A stretch of DNA of 64,000 bases from Candidatus Nomurabacteria bacterium (GCA_026395915.1 JAPLXU010000020.1:18729-82728), one strand, 5' to 3'; positions 9,635 to 19,760 are shown, counted from the first letter of the stretch. A program made the numbers and translations. The notes: a model not told the origin generated them from the sequence alone.

Positions 9635-10260
9635 AAATTACCTTTTATATTTCGGAGCGATACCTGTGTGGTAAATGTTATTGGCGCCGGCGCTCGATTA
9701 GGATCTGTGTCGGTTGTGATGGTTATTTTTACCAGTCTTATGGGCGACACATCAGCAGTTGATGAAAGCGCGGGTGTGGTGCCGTCATAGTCTTCGTCGT
9801 AATATTCAAAGATAGTAGAGTTGGTAACGTTAGGCACAAGGGTCGTGACAACCTCGCTCCCTGTGTAGCCTAACGGACTTCCTGTTGGCTTGATTACTCC
9901 CTTTTGTAGATTTGTCCCATTTAAAAAATATCTGACTCTTTCTTTCAATCCATCGTCGTATATATCAGAATAGAAAGTGAAACTTGTGGCACTGGCAAGA
10001 TTGATAGCATACCCTCCGTTACTGCCAGAGCTCGCTGTGCGAATTTCTGCCGCCATTGTTTTTAGAGCTGTTCTTCCAGCATTGACACTTCCCAATTCTG
10101 TATAGACAAAAGAATTATATATCCATATATTTCTGGAAAATAAAGTAAGCACTAGCACAATAAGCACAAAAATTGAAACTGCAACAAGTGTTTCAATCAA
10201 AGTGAATCCTCTTTGCCGACCAAAAATCTGACAGATTTTGTTTTTTAGTTCACTTTTCAT
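9631..10260 (-). CDS. type IV pilin-like protein (prepilin N-terminal methylation motif)
   Basis: GFTLIETLVAVSIFVLIVLVL class III signal motif; 209 aa. Confidence 0.75.
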   Translation of the reverse strand: MKSELKNKICQIFGRQRGFTLIETLVAVSIFVLIVLVLTLFSRNIWIYNSFVYTELGSVNAGRTALKTMAAEIRTASSGSNGGYAINLASATSFTFYSDIYDDGLKERVRYFLNGTNLQKGVIKPTGSPLGYTGSEVVTTLVPNVTNSTIFEYYDEDYDGTTPALSSTADVSPIRLVKITITTDTDPNRAPAPITFTTQVSLRNIKGNL

Positions 10261-10261
10261 A

Positions 10262-11620
10262 TTAGGAAGGAGTTAAAGTGATAATTTTATTTTGCCAAGC
10301 GGAGGAGACGGAATAATTTGAAGTGGTGCTTGTTTGAAAACCTGTTTTTGTCACTGTTATAGTGTATGTTGTGCCACTTCCAAGTCCGTTCCAGAATACT
10401 TGACCTGGAGTCGCGCAAGTGCCTGAGTTTGTGGTTTTTGTTTGGTCAAATGGACTTTTCTGCAGGCGGACGGTCGCTCCATTTATTGGATTACCTGAGG
10501 CGTCTTTTACGGAAATCAATAGTGCAAAACTCACGTGTGGCACGGCGATTAATTTCAAAGTTTTGTTTTCGCTTGGATTAATCGCGAAAGAAGGAAATGG
10601 AATTGCGCCGGCTAAATCGTATGATCCGGAAGTAAGCAGAGCGGAATATGTGTCCCATTCAATAGTTGGAATATTATAGTTGCCAGAAGAATCAGTGGTA
10701 AAACTATGCGCAGGATATTTCAAGACGCCAGTGCCAATGAGTTTTGTCCCAGTCAAAGAAAAACCGATATTGGAAAGCGCTGCGCAAGAAGCGTCAGCGG
10801 AGCTTATCGAGAGAGAACTCAATTTATCTATAGTAAAACTTGGCTGAGTCACTTGTTGAGTGACGACGTTAGCGTCAGGTTTCACTGGGCTTGCTCCGGC
10901 GGCTCCACCTACTGGATATGTTTGGTCTTGGGAGTAGCCAGTCTTCGTGGCGGTAATATTATAAGCTCCGGTGCCTGGTGGCGCGTCGACTATTTTCAGC
11001 CACCCCGAATTGTCGGTAGTATCATCTATTATGGTGTCCGGATTTGTTTGCATATTCACTATGTGTATCGATGCGTTTACGACAGGATTGCCACTGTTAT
11101 CAATTGCCTTTATGAAGAGAGAACCATTGTTGGTGGCGGTTTCGAGAGCTCGTGGCGCAATCATGGTAGTGAAACTTAGAGGAGAAAAGTTTTTGCAATT
11201 TGAACAGGATATATCCAAATCTATCATTTTGTAATCGGCCGGCGAAGTATCTTTAGGCGTACCTGAGCAGGTTGGTGGATTGTTATTTGGACAAGCAGTT
11301 CCATCAAAAGAATCATCAATACTTCTTATCGTGTTGGTCAGTGTGAATATATAATTATTACGCGTAATACTTTGCGTTCTAACAATTTTCCCAACTGGCA
11401 ATCCTCCTACTATTCCAACATCTATATAAGGCAAATTGCGAATAATCTCAAATCTTTCGTTAGCCAGTTCCGTAGCTGTCACTTTTGCTTCCGAGGCTAA
11501 TGTAGCATTCATCAACACGACAAAAGCTTGGTACACTGCCAAAGCTACCAACGCGAAAATTGCGCTACCGACTACTGTTTCAATCAATGTGAACCCATTG
11601 GAGTGTTTGTGTGAATTCAT
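10262..11620 (-). CDS. large type IV minor pilin-like protein (452 aa)
   Basis: NGFTLIETVVGSAIFALVALAVYQAF prepilin motif; Thr/Ser-rich extracellular part. Confidence 0.75.
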   Translation of the reverse strand: MNSHKHSNGFTLIETVVGSAIFALVALAVYQAFVVLMNATLASEAKVTATELANERFEIIRNLPYIDVGIVGGLPVGKIVRTQSITRNNYIFTLTNTIRSIDDSFDGTACPNNNPPTCSGTPKDTSPADYKMIDLDISCSNCKNFSPLSFTTMIAPRALETATNNGSLFIKAIDNSGNPVVNASIHIVNMQTNPDTIIDDTTDNSGWLKIVDAPPGTGAYNITATKTGYSQDQTYPVGGAAGASPVKPDANVVTQQVTQPSFTIDKLSSLSISSADASCAALSNIGFSLTGTKLIGTGVLKYPAHSFTTDSSGNYNIPTIEWDTYSALLTSGSYDLAGAIPFPSFAINPSENKTLKLIAVPHVSFALLISVKDASGNPINGATVRLQKSPFDQTKTTNSGTCATPGQVFWNGLGSGTTYTITVTKTGFQTSTTSNYSVSSAWQNKIITLTPS

Positions 11621-11657
11621 TATTTATATTTTAACGTATTATGGTATAATTTGCTAT

Positions 11658-12422
11658 ATGTCAAAAAAAGTAATCATCGGCAACTGGAAAATGAACCCGT
11701 TTACTTCAAAAGAAGCGGAGAAATTGTTTTCTGGTGTGGCGGAAAATATTTCTGACATTAAAAAAACTGAAGTCGTAATTTGTCCGCCGTTTATATATTT
11801 AGAAAAACTAAAAAAACTCTCAAAGAAAATAATTCTTGGCGCGCAGGACGCTTTTTCTGGCGACGTGGGCGCTTTTACTGGAGAAGTTTCAGCCGGAATG
11901 CTTTACAGTGTCGGCGCGAGGTATGTCATTTTGGGACATTCGGAGAGGCGAGCTTTAGGAGAAAACAATAGTGATATAAATAAGAAAATAAAATCAGCTC
12001 TTGATGCAGGGCTTCGACCGATTTTGTGCGTGGGAGAAAGTGTTCGCGATGAAAATCACGGTTACTTCAATTTGGTCAAAGCGCAACTCGAGGAATGCCT
12101 AGCCGGAGTTTCCAAAACAATTATTTCGAAAGTCATCATTGCCTACGAACCTGTCTGGGCGATTTCGACCACTCCGGACCGAAAAGACGCTACTTCCGAT
12201 GATTGCAGGGAGATGGCGATTTTTATCAAGAAAATTCTTTCCGACAAATTTAGCGCTGAGGCAGGGAAGATAAGAATTATCTACGGCGGTTCTGTAAACG
12301 AAAAAGACGCGGGTGACTTTTTAAAAAACGGAGGTGTGGATGGTTTGCTTCCGGGTCGGGCTAGTCTGGACGCCAAAAAATTCACGGAGATTGTAAAGAT
12401 ATGCGAAGCATTAGAGAAATAA
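11658..12422 (+). CDS. tpiA: triosephosphate isomerase
   Basis: MSKKVIIGNWKMNP, AYEPVWAIGT, GGASLDAKKF motifs; -10 tataat at 11645-11650; ORF track start at 11436 overlaps pilin gene so later ATG chosen. Confidence 0.9.
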   Translation: MSKKVIIGNWKMNPFTSKEAEKLFSGVAENISDIKKTEVVICPPFIYLEKLKKLSKKIILGAQDAFSGDVGAFTGEVSAGMLYSVGARYVILGHSERRALGENNSDINKKIKSALDAGLRPILCVGESVRDENHGYFNLVKAQLEECLAGVSKTIISKVIIAYEPVWAISTTPDRKDATSDDCREMAIFIKKILSDKFSAEAGKIRIIYGGSVNEKDAGDFLKNGGVDGLLPGRASLDAKKFTEIVKICEALEK

Positions 12423-13465
12423 AAAATATAAAAGGAAAGACCGCGCTTTTGCGAGTGGATTTCAACGTGCCAATAAAAAATGGGGAAGTGGAGGATGATT
12501 TTCGCATTCGAGCCGCTTTGCCGACGATTAAATTCTTGATTAAAAAAGGAGCAAAGGTTGTTTTGATTACCCATCTCGGCAAAGATGGAACGGAAAGTCT
12601 CTATCCCGTTATTAAACGTTTTTTTGAAATTTCGAAAATTGCCCTTGAAAAGGTTACCTTTTTTGACAATGTCAGAAAGTTTCTGGGCGAGATGGAAAAT
12701 GACCAAGCTTTCGCCAAAAAACTTTCAGCGATGGGAGATATTTATGTGAATGACGCCTTTTCAGTTTCTCACAGGGAGCACGCCTCGGTAGTTTCTTTAC
12801 CGAAATATCTTCCAAGCTATGCAGGTTTTCAGCTTGAAGAAGAAGTAAAAAATTTGTCCCATGCTTTCAAAAATCCTAAGCATCCGTTTTTGTTCATTTT
12901 GGGCGGGGCAAAATTTTCCACCAAAATGCCTCTCATAAAAAAATATTTGGAATTAGCTGACCAAGTTTTCATAGGTGGAGCGCTCGCAAATGATTTTCTG
13001 AAAGCGAAAGGTTATGAAGTCGGACAATCTCTTGTGGATGATACAAACTATGGAATCTCTAGAATTTTAGAAAACGAAAAACTGATTTTGCCGGTTGATG
13101 TGATTGTGAAATCTCAAGACAAACTCATAAATAAAAAAGCGAATGAAGTTGGCAAAGATGAAATTATTTTGGATATCGGAAAAGAGACGGTAGAAAATCT
13201 GGCGCCCTTGATAAAAAAGGCAAAATTGATTCTTTGGAATGGTCCGCTCGGTAAATGCGAAGATGGGGGAGAAAAGTCCACTGAAGAAATATTGAAATTG
13301 GTATCGGTTTCGAAAGCGGAAAGCATCATCGGCGGAGGAGACACGGTTGCGCTTGTTTCTGATATGAAAATGGAGAAGGAATTTTCTTTTGTGTCTACAG
13401 GAGGAGGGGCGACGTTGGAATTTCTGGCGAATGGCACACTGCTCGGCATCAAAGCGCTCGAATAA
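12401..13465 (+). CDS. pgk: phosphoglycerate kinase
   Basis: RVDFNVP N-terminal motif, GGGDT, GGGATLEFL; overlaps tpiA by 22 nt. Confidence 0.9.
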   Translation: MRSIREIKNIKGKTALLRVDFNVPIKNGEVEDDFRIRAALPTIKFLIKKGAKVVLITHLGKDGTESLYPVIKRFFEISKIALEKVTFFDNVRKFLGEMENDQAFAKKLSAMGDIYVNDAFSVSHREHASVVSLPKYLPSYAGFQLEEEVKNLSHAFKNPKHPFLFILGGAKFSTKMPLIKKYLELADQVFIGGALANDFLKAKGYEVGQSLVDDTNYGISRILENEKLILPVDVIVKSQDKLINKKANEVGKDEIILDIGKETVENLAPLIKKAKLILWNGPLGKCEDGGEKSTEEILKLVSVSKAESIIGGGDTVALVSDMKMEKEFSFVSTGGGATLEFLANGTLLGIKALE

Positions 13466-13504
13466 CTTTTTCTACTATCTTTTACATATGTTCGAGATGG
13501 TGGA

Positions 13505-13531
13505 AAACGGAAGCCTTGCTTCCGTTTTTGC
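13505..13531 (+). terminator. intrinsic terminator aaacggaagccttgcttccgttttt after pgk
   Basis: hairpin plus T-run read directly. Confidence 0.6.
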
Positions 13532-13716
13532 GTTTGACTAGTGAGTGTGAAAAGTAGTAGAGTAAAGAACGGTAAATTGCTCCTTTAAAATCTTTTTGTA
13601 ATAAGTGGTCACAGCCAAAAGATTCCGACTCGTTCAGTATTTTTTGGTTGTGACTACTGTGAAAATTTTCTAAACAAAAAATAAATGGTGCACACTGCGT
13701 GCCCAGAAAGCAAAAC

Positions 13717-13932
13717 ATGAAAAGAGAGCAGATTGAGCAGATAGTTGAGCATCTTCGCAATGACGGCCATGGCTATATTTGCAGAGATCACTTGGGTGAA
13801 ATAGTCAGCACTGTTTTAAGGTTGGGAGATCGTGGTTCTCCCTCCAGTTCCGCTAAAAAAGGGAGAGAAGAAGATCTTCCTGTTCCTGAACAGTCAGATT
13901 TCACCATTGCAGGCAGAAGTGCTATGGTCTAA
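13717..13932 (+). CDS. small hypothetical protein (71 aa from ATG; 77 aa if GTG at 13699), GC-elevated
   Basis: ORF MKREQIEQIVEHLRNDGHGYICRDHLGEIV... followed 25 nt later by intrinsic terminator; no recognisable family. Confidence 0.3.
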   Translation: MKREQIEQIVEHLRNDGHGYICRDHLGEIVSTVLRLGDRGSPSSSAKKGREEDLPVPEQSDFTIAGRSAMV

Positions 13933-13956
13933 CGGTTCAGCATTTCCATCAAAGAC

Positions 13957-13997
13957 GAGTGAGCCGTAGGATTGTTCCACGCTCACTTGTTTTCATT
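13957..13997 (+). terminator. intrinsic terminator gagtgagccgtaggattgttccacgctcact + ttgttttcattt
   Basis: hairpin and U-run on + strand only; implies a + strand transcript in 13540-13990. Confidence 0.55.
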
Positions 13998-14001
13998 TAT
14001 A

Positions 14002-14412
14002 CTAGAGTTTTTGAGTAATTTTTTTAACTGCCATTTCTTCTTCTCCTTTTTTATATGGTCTTTTTCCGTGCCATAATCCGAAGCCGTCGTTTTTGATTCT
14101 CGGAATCACATGAATGTGTGAATGAAAGACTACTTGCCCTGCAGCTCCTTCATTGTTCATAGCTACATTTATACCGTCTGCGTCCAATCCTTTTTTTATG
14201 GCGTGAGAAATTTTTTTCACAGTTTTCATCATATCCATCATTATGTTTTCCGGAGTTTCATAAATGTTTATGTAATGTTCCTTCGGTATCACCAAAGTGT
14301 GTCCAATGTTTACCGGAGAAATATCCAAAAATGCCAAAGTGGTTTTGTCTTCATACACTTTATGCGCTGGTATTTCTCCTTTTATTATTTTACAAAAGAT
14401 GCAGTTGTCCAT
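14002..14412 (-). CDS. HIT-family (histidine triad) nucleotide hydrolase
   Basis: HSHIHVIP histidine triad, 136 aa. Confidence 0.85.
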   Translation of the reverse strand: MDNCIFCKIIKGEIPAHKVYEDKTTLAFLDISPVNIGHTLVIPKEHYINIYETPENIMMDMMKTVKKISHAIKKGLDADGINVAMNNEGAAGQVVFHSHIHVIPRIKNDGFGLWHGKRPYKKGEEEMAVKKITQKL

Positions 14413-14448
14413 GAGTGTATTATAACAAATTATGTTAAAATTTCATCT

Positions 14449-16101
14449 ATGCAAAAATATGGGGAATTGCTGAGAATGCTTTTAGAAAAGAGGGGAATTG
14501 TTGATGAAGCACAGGCTGAGATATTTTTAAATCCGGATTACAAGCGAGACTTGCATGATCCTTTTTTGATGCGGGACACGGAGAAGGCCTGCGTGCGTTT
14601 GTATAAAGCTGTGGAAAATAAAGAAAAAATAGTTATTTACGCGGATTATGATTGCGATGGAATACCCGGGGCGGTTATTTTAAATGACCTGTTTCTACTT
14701 TTAGGATACAAAAATTACGAAGTCTACATACCTCAAAGAAATTCTGAAGGTTACGGGCTCAATCTCGACGCTATCAAACAATTTGCAAAGTCTGGAGTGA
14801 AACTTTTGATAACTGTCGACCTCGGCATCACGGCTGTGGCGGAAGTGGCTCAAGCGGAAGTTGACGGCATTGATGTGATAATCACAGATCACCACATTCC
14901 TCAAGAAATTTTGCCTCGCGCTTGCGCTATCTTGAATCCAAAAGCAGACGATTATCCTGAAAAAATGCTTTGCGGAGCGGGCGTGGCTTTTAAATTTGTT
15001 CAAGGCTTTCTTAAAAAATATGGCGAGTATTTCAAAATCAAGGAAGGCTCGGAAAAATGGATGCTCGATATGGCTGGCCTCGCGACGCTCTCCGACATGG
15101 TCCCACTCCTCGGGGAGAATCGAGCGATTTCATATTTCGGAATTAAAGTTCTTAAAAAATCTCCACGTCCCGGCTTGCAGAAACTTTTGGCGAAAATGAA
15201 TATAGACCAGAGATACTTGTCGCCTGACGACATAGGTTTCATGGTCGCTCCGCGATTAAATGCCGCCTCTCGGATGGACGACCCGATGCGAGCTTATGAA
15301 CTTCTCGCTACAGAAGACGAGAGGGAAGCGGGCGCGCTCGCGGATCATTTGTCAAAAATAAACGACGAGAGGAAAACAATTGTGACGAGCATAATGCGCG
15401 AAACCAACAAAAAGCTCGAGAGCTATGAGCACAAGGAGGTGATAGTCATAGGCAATCCGAAATGGCGAGTCGGCATTTTGGGATTGGTGGCGGGAAAAAT
15501 TTCAGACACCTACAAAAAACCGGTTTTCGTTTGGGGTAAAGATGAAAACGATTGCATCAAGGGCTCTTGTCGGAGCGACGGCTCGGTCTCAGTGGTGGAA
15601 CTCATGACTGAAACCAGTGAATCATTTTTGGATTTTGGAGGTCATGAACTAGCCGGTGGATTTACTGTGCATAGCGAGAAAATTCATTTTTTGGAAGAGA
15701 CATTGTCTGTGACTTTTAATAAGATAAAACGAGTGAAAAAAGATGATGAAATAACTTATGATATTAAGGCCGGCTTGGACGCGGTGAATCTAAAAAATTG
15801 GCGGGAGATAGAAAAAATGGAGCCCTTCGGTCTCGGCAATCCGAAACCAGTCTTTCTTTTCGAGGACGTGAAAATAGAAAAAATAAAAAAATTCGGAAAA
15901 AACGGTTCCGGTGAGCATTTGGAAATAGTTTTCTCTGATTTCAATCTGAACAGAGCGAAAGCCATTTCGTTTTTTTCTAGCGTTGATTCTTTTAAAAATA
16001 AACTAAGAGAAGGACTTGCTGTGAATTTGCTCGCCACTTTTGACTTGTCTAGATTTCGCGGTCGAGAAGAGTTAAGATTAAGAATTGAGGATATTATATG
16101 A
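14449..16101 (+). CDS. recJ: single-stranded-DNA-specific exonuclease RecJ
   Basis: DHH motif VIITDHH, DHHA1 GGHELAGG; N-terminal part of listed ORF overlaps HIT gene so internal ATG MQKYGELL used. Confidence 0.85.
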   Translation: MQKYGELLRMLLEKRGIVDEAQAEIFLNPDYKRDLHDPFLMRDTEKACVRLYKAVENKEKIVIYADYDCDGIPGAVILNDLFLLLGYKNYEVYIPQRNSEGYGLNLDAIKQFAKSGVKLLITVDLGITAVAEVAQAEVDGIDVIITDHHIPQEILPRACAILNPKADDYPEKMLCGAGVAFKFVQGFLKKYGEYFKIKEGSEKWMLDMAGLATLSDMVPLLGENRAISYFGIKVLKKSPRPGLQKLLAKMNIDQRYLSPDDIGFMVAPRLNAASRMDDPMRAYELLATEDEREAGALADHLSKINDERKTIVTSIMRETNKKLESYEHKEVIVIGNPKWRVGILGLVAGKISDTYKKPVFVWGKDENDCIKGSCRSDGSVSVVELMTETSESFLDFGGHELAGGFTVHSEKIHFLEETLSVTFNKIKRVKKDDEITYDIKAGLDAVNLKNWREIEKMEPFGLGNPKPVFLFEDVKIEKIKKFGKNGSGEHLEIVFSDFNLNRAKAISFFSSVDSFKNKLREGLAVNLLATFDLSRFRGREELRLRIEDII

Positions 16102-16583
16102 TAGAAAGAGATCAGATAAAAATTTATACGGATGGAGCGGCGAAGGGGAATCCCGGAAAGGCTGGATGGGGGGCTGTTTTTCTTTTTGGAAAGGAAATTT
16201 TTGAAATTGGCGGTAGAGCGGAGCATGCGACGAATAATCAGATGGAATTAACCGCGCCGATTGAAGCGTTGAAATATATAAAGGAACTTTCAGCAAGGGT
16301 AGTCCTTGCTGGGGATATAGAAATTGTTTCTGATTCGAAATATGTGATTTTGGGAATCACTGAATGGATTTTCAATTGGCAGAAGAATAATTGGCGAAAC
16401 GCCGCAAAAAAACCTGTTTTGAACCGCGAACTTTGGGAAGAGTTGTATAAGCTCACAGAAGAATTAAAACCAAAGTGGACTTATGTGAAAGGGCACAACG
16501 GCGATGAACACAATGAACAAGCCGACCTGATAGCGACAAGCTTTGCGGAAGGCACGCCGGTGGAACTTAGAAATAAAAAATAA
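16098..16583 (+). CDS. rnhA: ribonuclease HI
   Basis: IYTDGAAKGNPGKAGWGAV, TNNQMEL, SDSKYV; ATGA overlap with recJ. Confidence 0.85.
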   Translation: MIERDQIKIYTDGAAKGNPGKAGWGAVFLFGKEIFEIGGRAEHATNNQMELTAPIEALKYIKELSARVVLAGDIEIVSDSKYVILGITEWIFNWQKNNWRNAAKKPVLNRELWEELYKLTEELKPKWTYVKGHNGDEHNEQADLIATSFAEGTPVELRNKK

Positions 16584-16600
16584 GCATTTTAATTTTTCAA

Positions 16601-18172
16601 ATGCGGGATAGAATTTTTTATGCGATTTGTTTTGGTTTTATTTTTGGAGTGCTTTTGCGCTCTTTTCTGTTTGTAAATTTGTATCTAGCTATTCTTTTTG
16701 GAATAATCAGTGTCGCTTTAATATTATTTTTTGCGCTAATCTCGAAAGATAAGTGGCCTGCCCGCAATGCTACGCCCGCCAGCAACGCTTCGCGTAGCGA
16801 TTCGGGCTGGCATAGCGTTGCAGGCGGGGGAATCATGATTTCCATTTTTGTTTTGGCTTTTTCGTTTGGAATTTTAAGATTTCACATGGTTGATGTTCCA
16901 GCGCCAAGTATTTTCGAATCAAAAGTAGGTCAGAAAGTCGCTTTGTCGGGAGAAATTATCGATGAGCCGAGTATTAAGGAAAACAATCAACAATTAACTA
17001 TAAGGACGGTCCTTAAAGAAGTTTCCCCAAGGACCGTCCTTGAAAGATCTATTGAAATTTTGTTATCTACCAGTTTAGATACAGATTACAAATACGGGGA
17101 CAAAATAAATTTTTCCGGCAAACTTGAAAGACCTGAAAATTTTGTCACTGATCAAGGCAAAATTTTTGACTATGTGAATTATCTGCGGAAAGACGGAATT
17201 TTTTACGTGATGAGTTATCCGAAGATTGAAATTGTCTCACGAGGCAACGGCAACAAAATCAAAGGCGCGCTCTTTTTTGCCAAGGACAAATTTTTGGAAA
17301 AGATGAATTTTGCTATCACTGCGCCGGAGAATTTATTGATGGGTGGGCTTATCTTGGGCGAGAAATCTTCTTTCAATCAAGCGCTTCGACAGAGCTTTGT
17401 GAATACCGGCACGATACATATCGTCGCGCTTTCCGGATACAACGTGACGATCGTCGCCGAGTGGCTGATGAAACTTTTTGCTTTCTTGCCGAAAAATTTT
17501 GGCATCGGGATTGGTATTTTAGCTGTCTTATTATTTATCATAATGACTGGCGGAAGCTCGACAGCTATACGAGCGGGGATAATGGCAACCTTGGCGCTTG
17601 TTGCTCGGGCGACTGGCAGAAACTATGATGTCGCTCGAGCGCTTCTTCTCGCTGGTGTGTTCATGATTTTATTAAATCCATTTTTGCTAGTTTTCGACGT
17701 CTCTTTCGAGTTATCTTTTTTGGCGACTGTCGCGGTGATATTTCTCGCGCCAAGAATTGAAAAATATTTTTTGTGGGTGCCGAAGATTTTCCAATTGCGA
17801 GACATTGTTTCGGTCACCTGTGCGGCGTATATTTTCGTTTTTCCTTTTATTCTTTATAAAATGGGTAATCTTTCAATCGTCGCGTTGCCAGCGAACGTCC
17901 TTATTTTGCCTTTCATTCCTTTCACGATGATGCTCGGTTTTCTCACCGGTTTTGTCGGACTGATTTCTCACATAGTTGCTGTGCCATTTGGTTTCTTCTC
18001 GTATTTATTTTTGCATTACGAACTCGGCGTGATTAGTTTTTTCTCCAATTTGCCATTCTCAGCTTTTTATTTCCCCGATTTTCCTCTTTGGCTGACAACA
18101 ATAATCTATGTCTACTTTATTTATAGACTTTTTGGCAGAAATATAAAAAGTTTTTTAAAAAATCAAGAATAA
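16601..18172 (+). CDS. comEC: DNA internalisation channel ComEC/Rec2 (membrane competence domain, no fused MBL domain)
   Basis: polytopic, DUF4131-like N-term and Competence domain pattern (GTIHIVALSGYNVTIV); 523 aa. Confidence 0.8.
   Translation: MRDRIFYAICFGFIFGVLLRSFLFVNLYLAILFGIISVALILFFALISKDKWPARNATPASNASRSDSGWHSVAGGGIMISIFVLAFSFGILRFHMVDVPAPSIFESKVGQKVALSGEIIDEPSIKENNQQLTIRTVLKEVSPRTVLERSIEILLSTSLDTDYKYGDKINFSGKLERPENFVTDQGKIFDYVNYLRKDGIFYVMSYPKIEIVSRGNGNKIKGALFFAKDKFLEKMNFAITAPENLLMGGLILGEKSSFNQALRQSFVNTGTIHIVALSGYNVTIVAEWLMKLFAFLPKNFGIGIGILAVLLFIIMTGGSSTAIRAGIMATLALVARATGRNYDVARALLLAGVFMILLNPFLLVFDVSFELSFLATVAVIFLAPRIEKYFLWVPKIFQLRDIVSVTCAAYIFVFPFILYKMGNLSIVALPANVLILPFIPFTMMLGFLTGFVGLISHIVAVPFGFFSYLFLHYELGVISFFSNLPFSAFYFPDFPLWLTTIIYVYFIYRLFGRNIKSFLKNQE
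16757..16830. repeat. GC-rich imperfect palindrome inserted in-frame in comEC (encodes PARNATPASNASRSDSGWHSVAGGG)
   Basis: cccgcaatgctacgcc ... ggcatagcgttgcaggcggg arms; GC far above flanking CDS. Confidence 0.6.
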
Positions 18173-18266
18173 TGTTTTTAAGGGGTTTCGAGGCTGGCGA
18201 GCCGAGAACTTCAGGATTTTTTAAGCTTCAAAAAATCCGTACCGGCAAAAACCTTTTCCTGACTTT

Positions 18267-18869
18267 CTACTGAGCCCTTTTGAAATTTTCTTCAATCACT
18301 TCCCAATTCAAATTTTCAAAAAATGCTTCCACATATTTTTTCTTTTCGGATGTTGGATAGTCGTAAACATAGGCGTGCTCCCACATATCTATGCCGAGGA
18401 TCCAATCGAGGCCGTTCAATTGTCCAAGATGCTGTTCATCGATCCACGCGGGGACGAGTTGTTTGGATTGTTTGTCCCAGTACAATATCGCCCAACCGAT
18501 TCCACGCGTCATGGCTAAAGTTTTAAAGCCCGTCATCGCGGTTTCCAAAGACGGCGCTTCTTTTTCTATGGCTTTTTTAAATTGAGAATTTGCAGGTAAG
18601 GGCTTTGCTCCGCCTTCGAGTGACCTGAAGTAATATTCATGATTTCGCATGCCATTAAATTCAAAGCTGAATCTGCGTTGAATCTCGCTCACGACATATG
18701 GCGCAAAGTTGTCTTCTTTGGCATAATCCACATATTCAGGAATTTTCTCTAAAATGAGATTCGTATTTTTTACATAACCAGCATAGAGCTTCAAATGCTC
18801 TTCAATATTTCTTGCAGAGATGCCTTTCAATTTTCCGATATTAAATTTTCTTTCTTCAAATTTTTTCAT
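18267..18869 (-). CDS. Fe/Mn superoxide dismutase
   Basis: WEHAYY signature (DMWEHAYVYDY), 200 aa. Confidence 0.85.
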   Translation of the reverse strand: MKKFEERKFNIGKLKGISARNIEEHLKLYAGYVKNTNLILEKIPEYVDYAKEDNFAPYVVSEIQRRFSFEFNGMRNHEYYFRSLEGGAKPLPANSQFKKAIEKEAPSLETAMTGFKTLAMTRGIGWAILYWDKQSKQLVPAWIDEQHLGQLNGLDWILGIDMWEHAYVYDYPTSEKKKYVEAFFENLNWEVIEENFKRAQ

Positions 18870-18905
18870 GTTATCATTATACTATATCTGCCGAATGAAA
18901 ATATC

Positions 18906-19760
18906 ATGAAGAAGTATAACTTATTTTTATTGACTCTTTTTCTTCTAATTTCAAATATTTTTCTCTTTCATTTAGATTGGCAAAATTCTCACAAGAAACT
19001 CACTTTTGCGATGCTTGATGTCGGGCAAGGGGACGGACTTTTTATAGAGTCACCGACTGGAACGCAAGTCATGTTTGACGGTGGACCAGCGCGTAGTGTC
19101 TTGGGTCCGCTCGCGCGCGTGATGTCCCCGTTTGATAAAAGCATTGACGCGATAGTTATCACCAATCCCGACGCGGATCACATCGGCGGATTCTTAGATA
19201 TCTTGAAAAATTACAAAGTCGGCGTTGTTTTCGAATCTGGTGCTTTGACTGATTCTAAAACTTACCAGAATTTTAAAGAGGAAATAAAAAAACAAAAAAT
19301 TCCAAACATTTTGGCGAAAAGGGGAATGAGGCTGGATATCGGCGGGGGCGCATTCATTGATGTTTTGTTTCCCGATCGTGATGTGTCTGCTTGGGCGACA
19401 AACGACGGGTCTGTCGTGGCGCGATTCACTTACGGAAAGACATCCATCATGCTAACCGGCGACGCTCCGATCAAAACTGAGAAGATAATCTTGAAGGAAA
19501 ATCCCGCGAAGGAGCTTCAAAGCGAAATTTTGAAAGTCGGACATCATGGTTCGCGCACTTCGACTTCTTCCGAGTTTGTGAAAGCCGTTTCGCCCTCGTA
19601 TGCGCTCATTTCTGACGGCAAAGACAATAAATTTGGCCATCCACACAAGGAAACTCTAGATACCTTGGCTTCATTTGGCGTAAAAATTTTCCGCACCGAC
19701 CTGCTTGGCACCATCCTACTCAAATGTGATACAATAAAACCATGCATGATAAACAAATAG
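18906..19760 (+). CDS. membrane-anchored MBL-fold hydrolase, ComEC C-terminal-domain-like, encoded separately
   Basis: N-terminal TM then AMLDVGQGDGLFIESPTG and HIGGF, GHHGS motifs typical of ComEC beta-lactamase domain. Confidence 0.7.
   Translation: MKKYNLFLLTLFLLISNIFLFHLDWQNSHKKLTFAMLDVGQGDGLFIESPTGTQVMFDGGPARSVLGPLARVMSPFDKSIDAIVITNPDADHIGGFLDILKNYKVGVVFESGALTDSKTYQNFKEEIKKQKIPNILAKRGMRLDIGGGAFIDVLFPDRDVSAWATNDGSVVARFTYGKTSIMLTGDAPIKTEKIILKENPAKELQSEILKVGHHGSRTSTSSEFVKAVSPSYALISDGKDNKFGHPHKETLDTLASFGVKIFRTDLLGTILLKCDTIKPCMINK

Noticed and set aside
13900-13997. tRNA-like appearance (D-loop-like tggtctaacggtt, GC stems) near the terminator after the orphan ORF
   Set aside because: Could not build acceptor/anticodon/T arms on either strand; no GGTTCGAATCC-type T-loop; the stems fit an intrinsic terminator.
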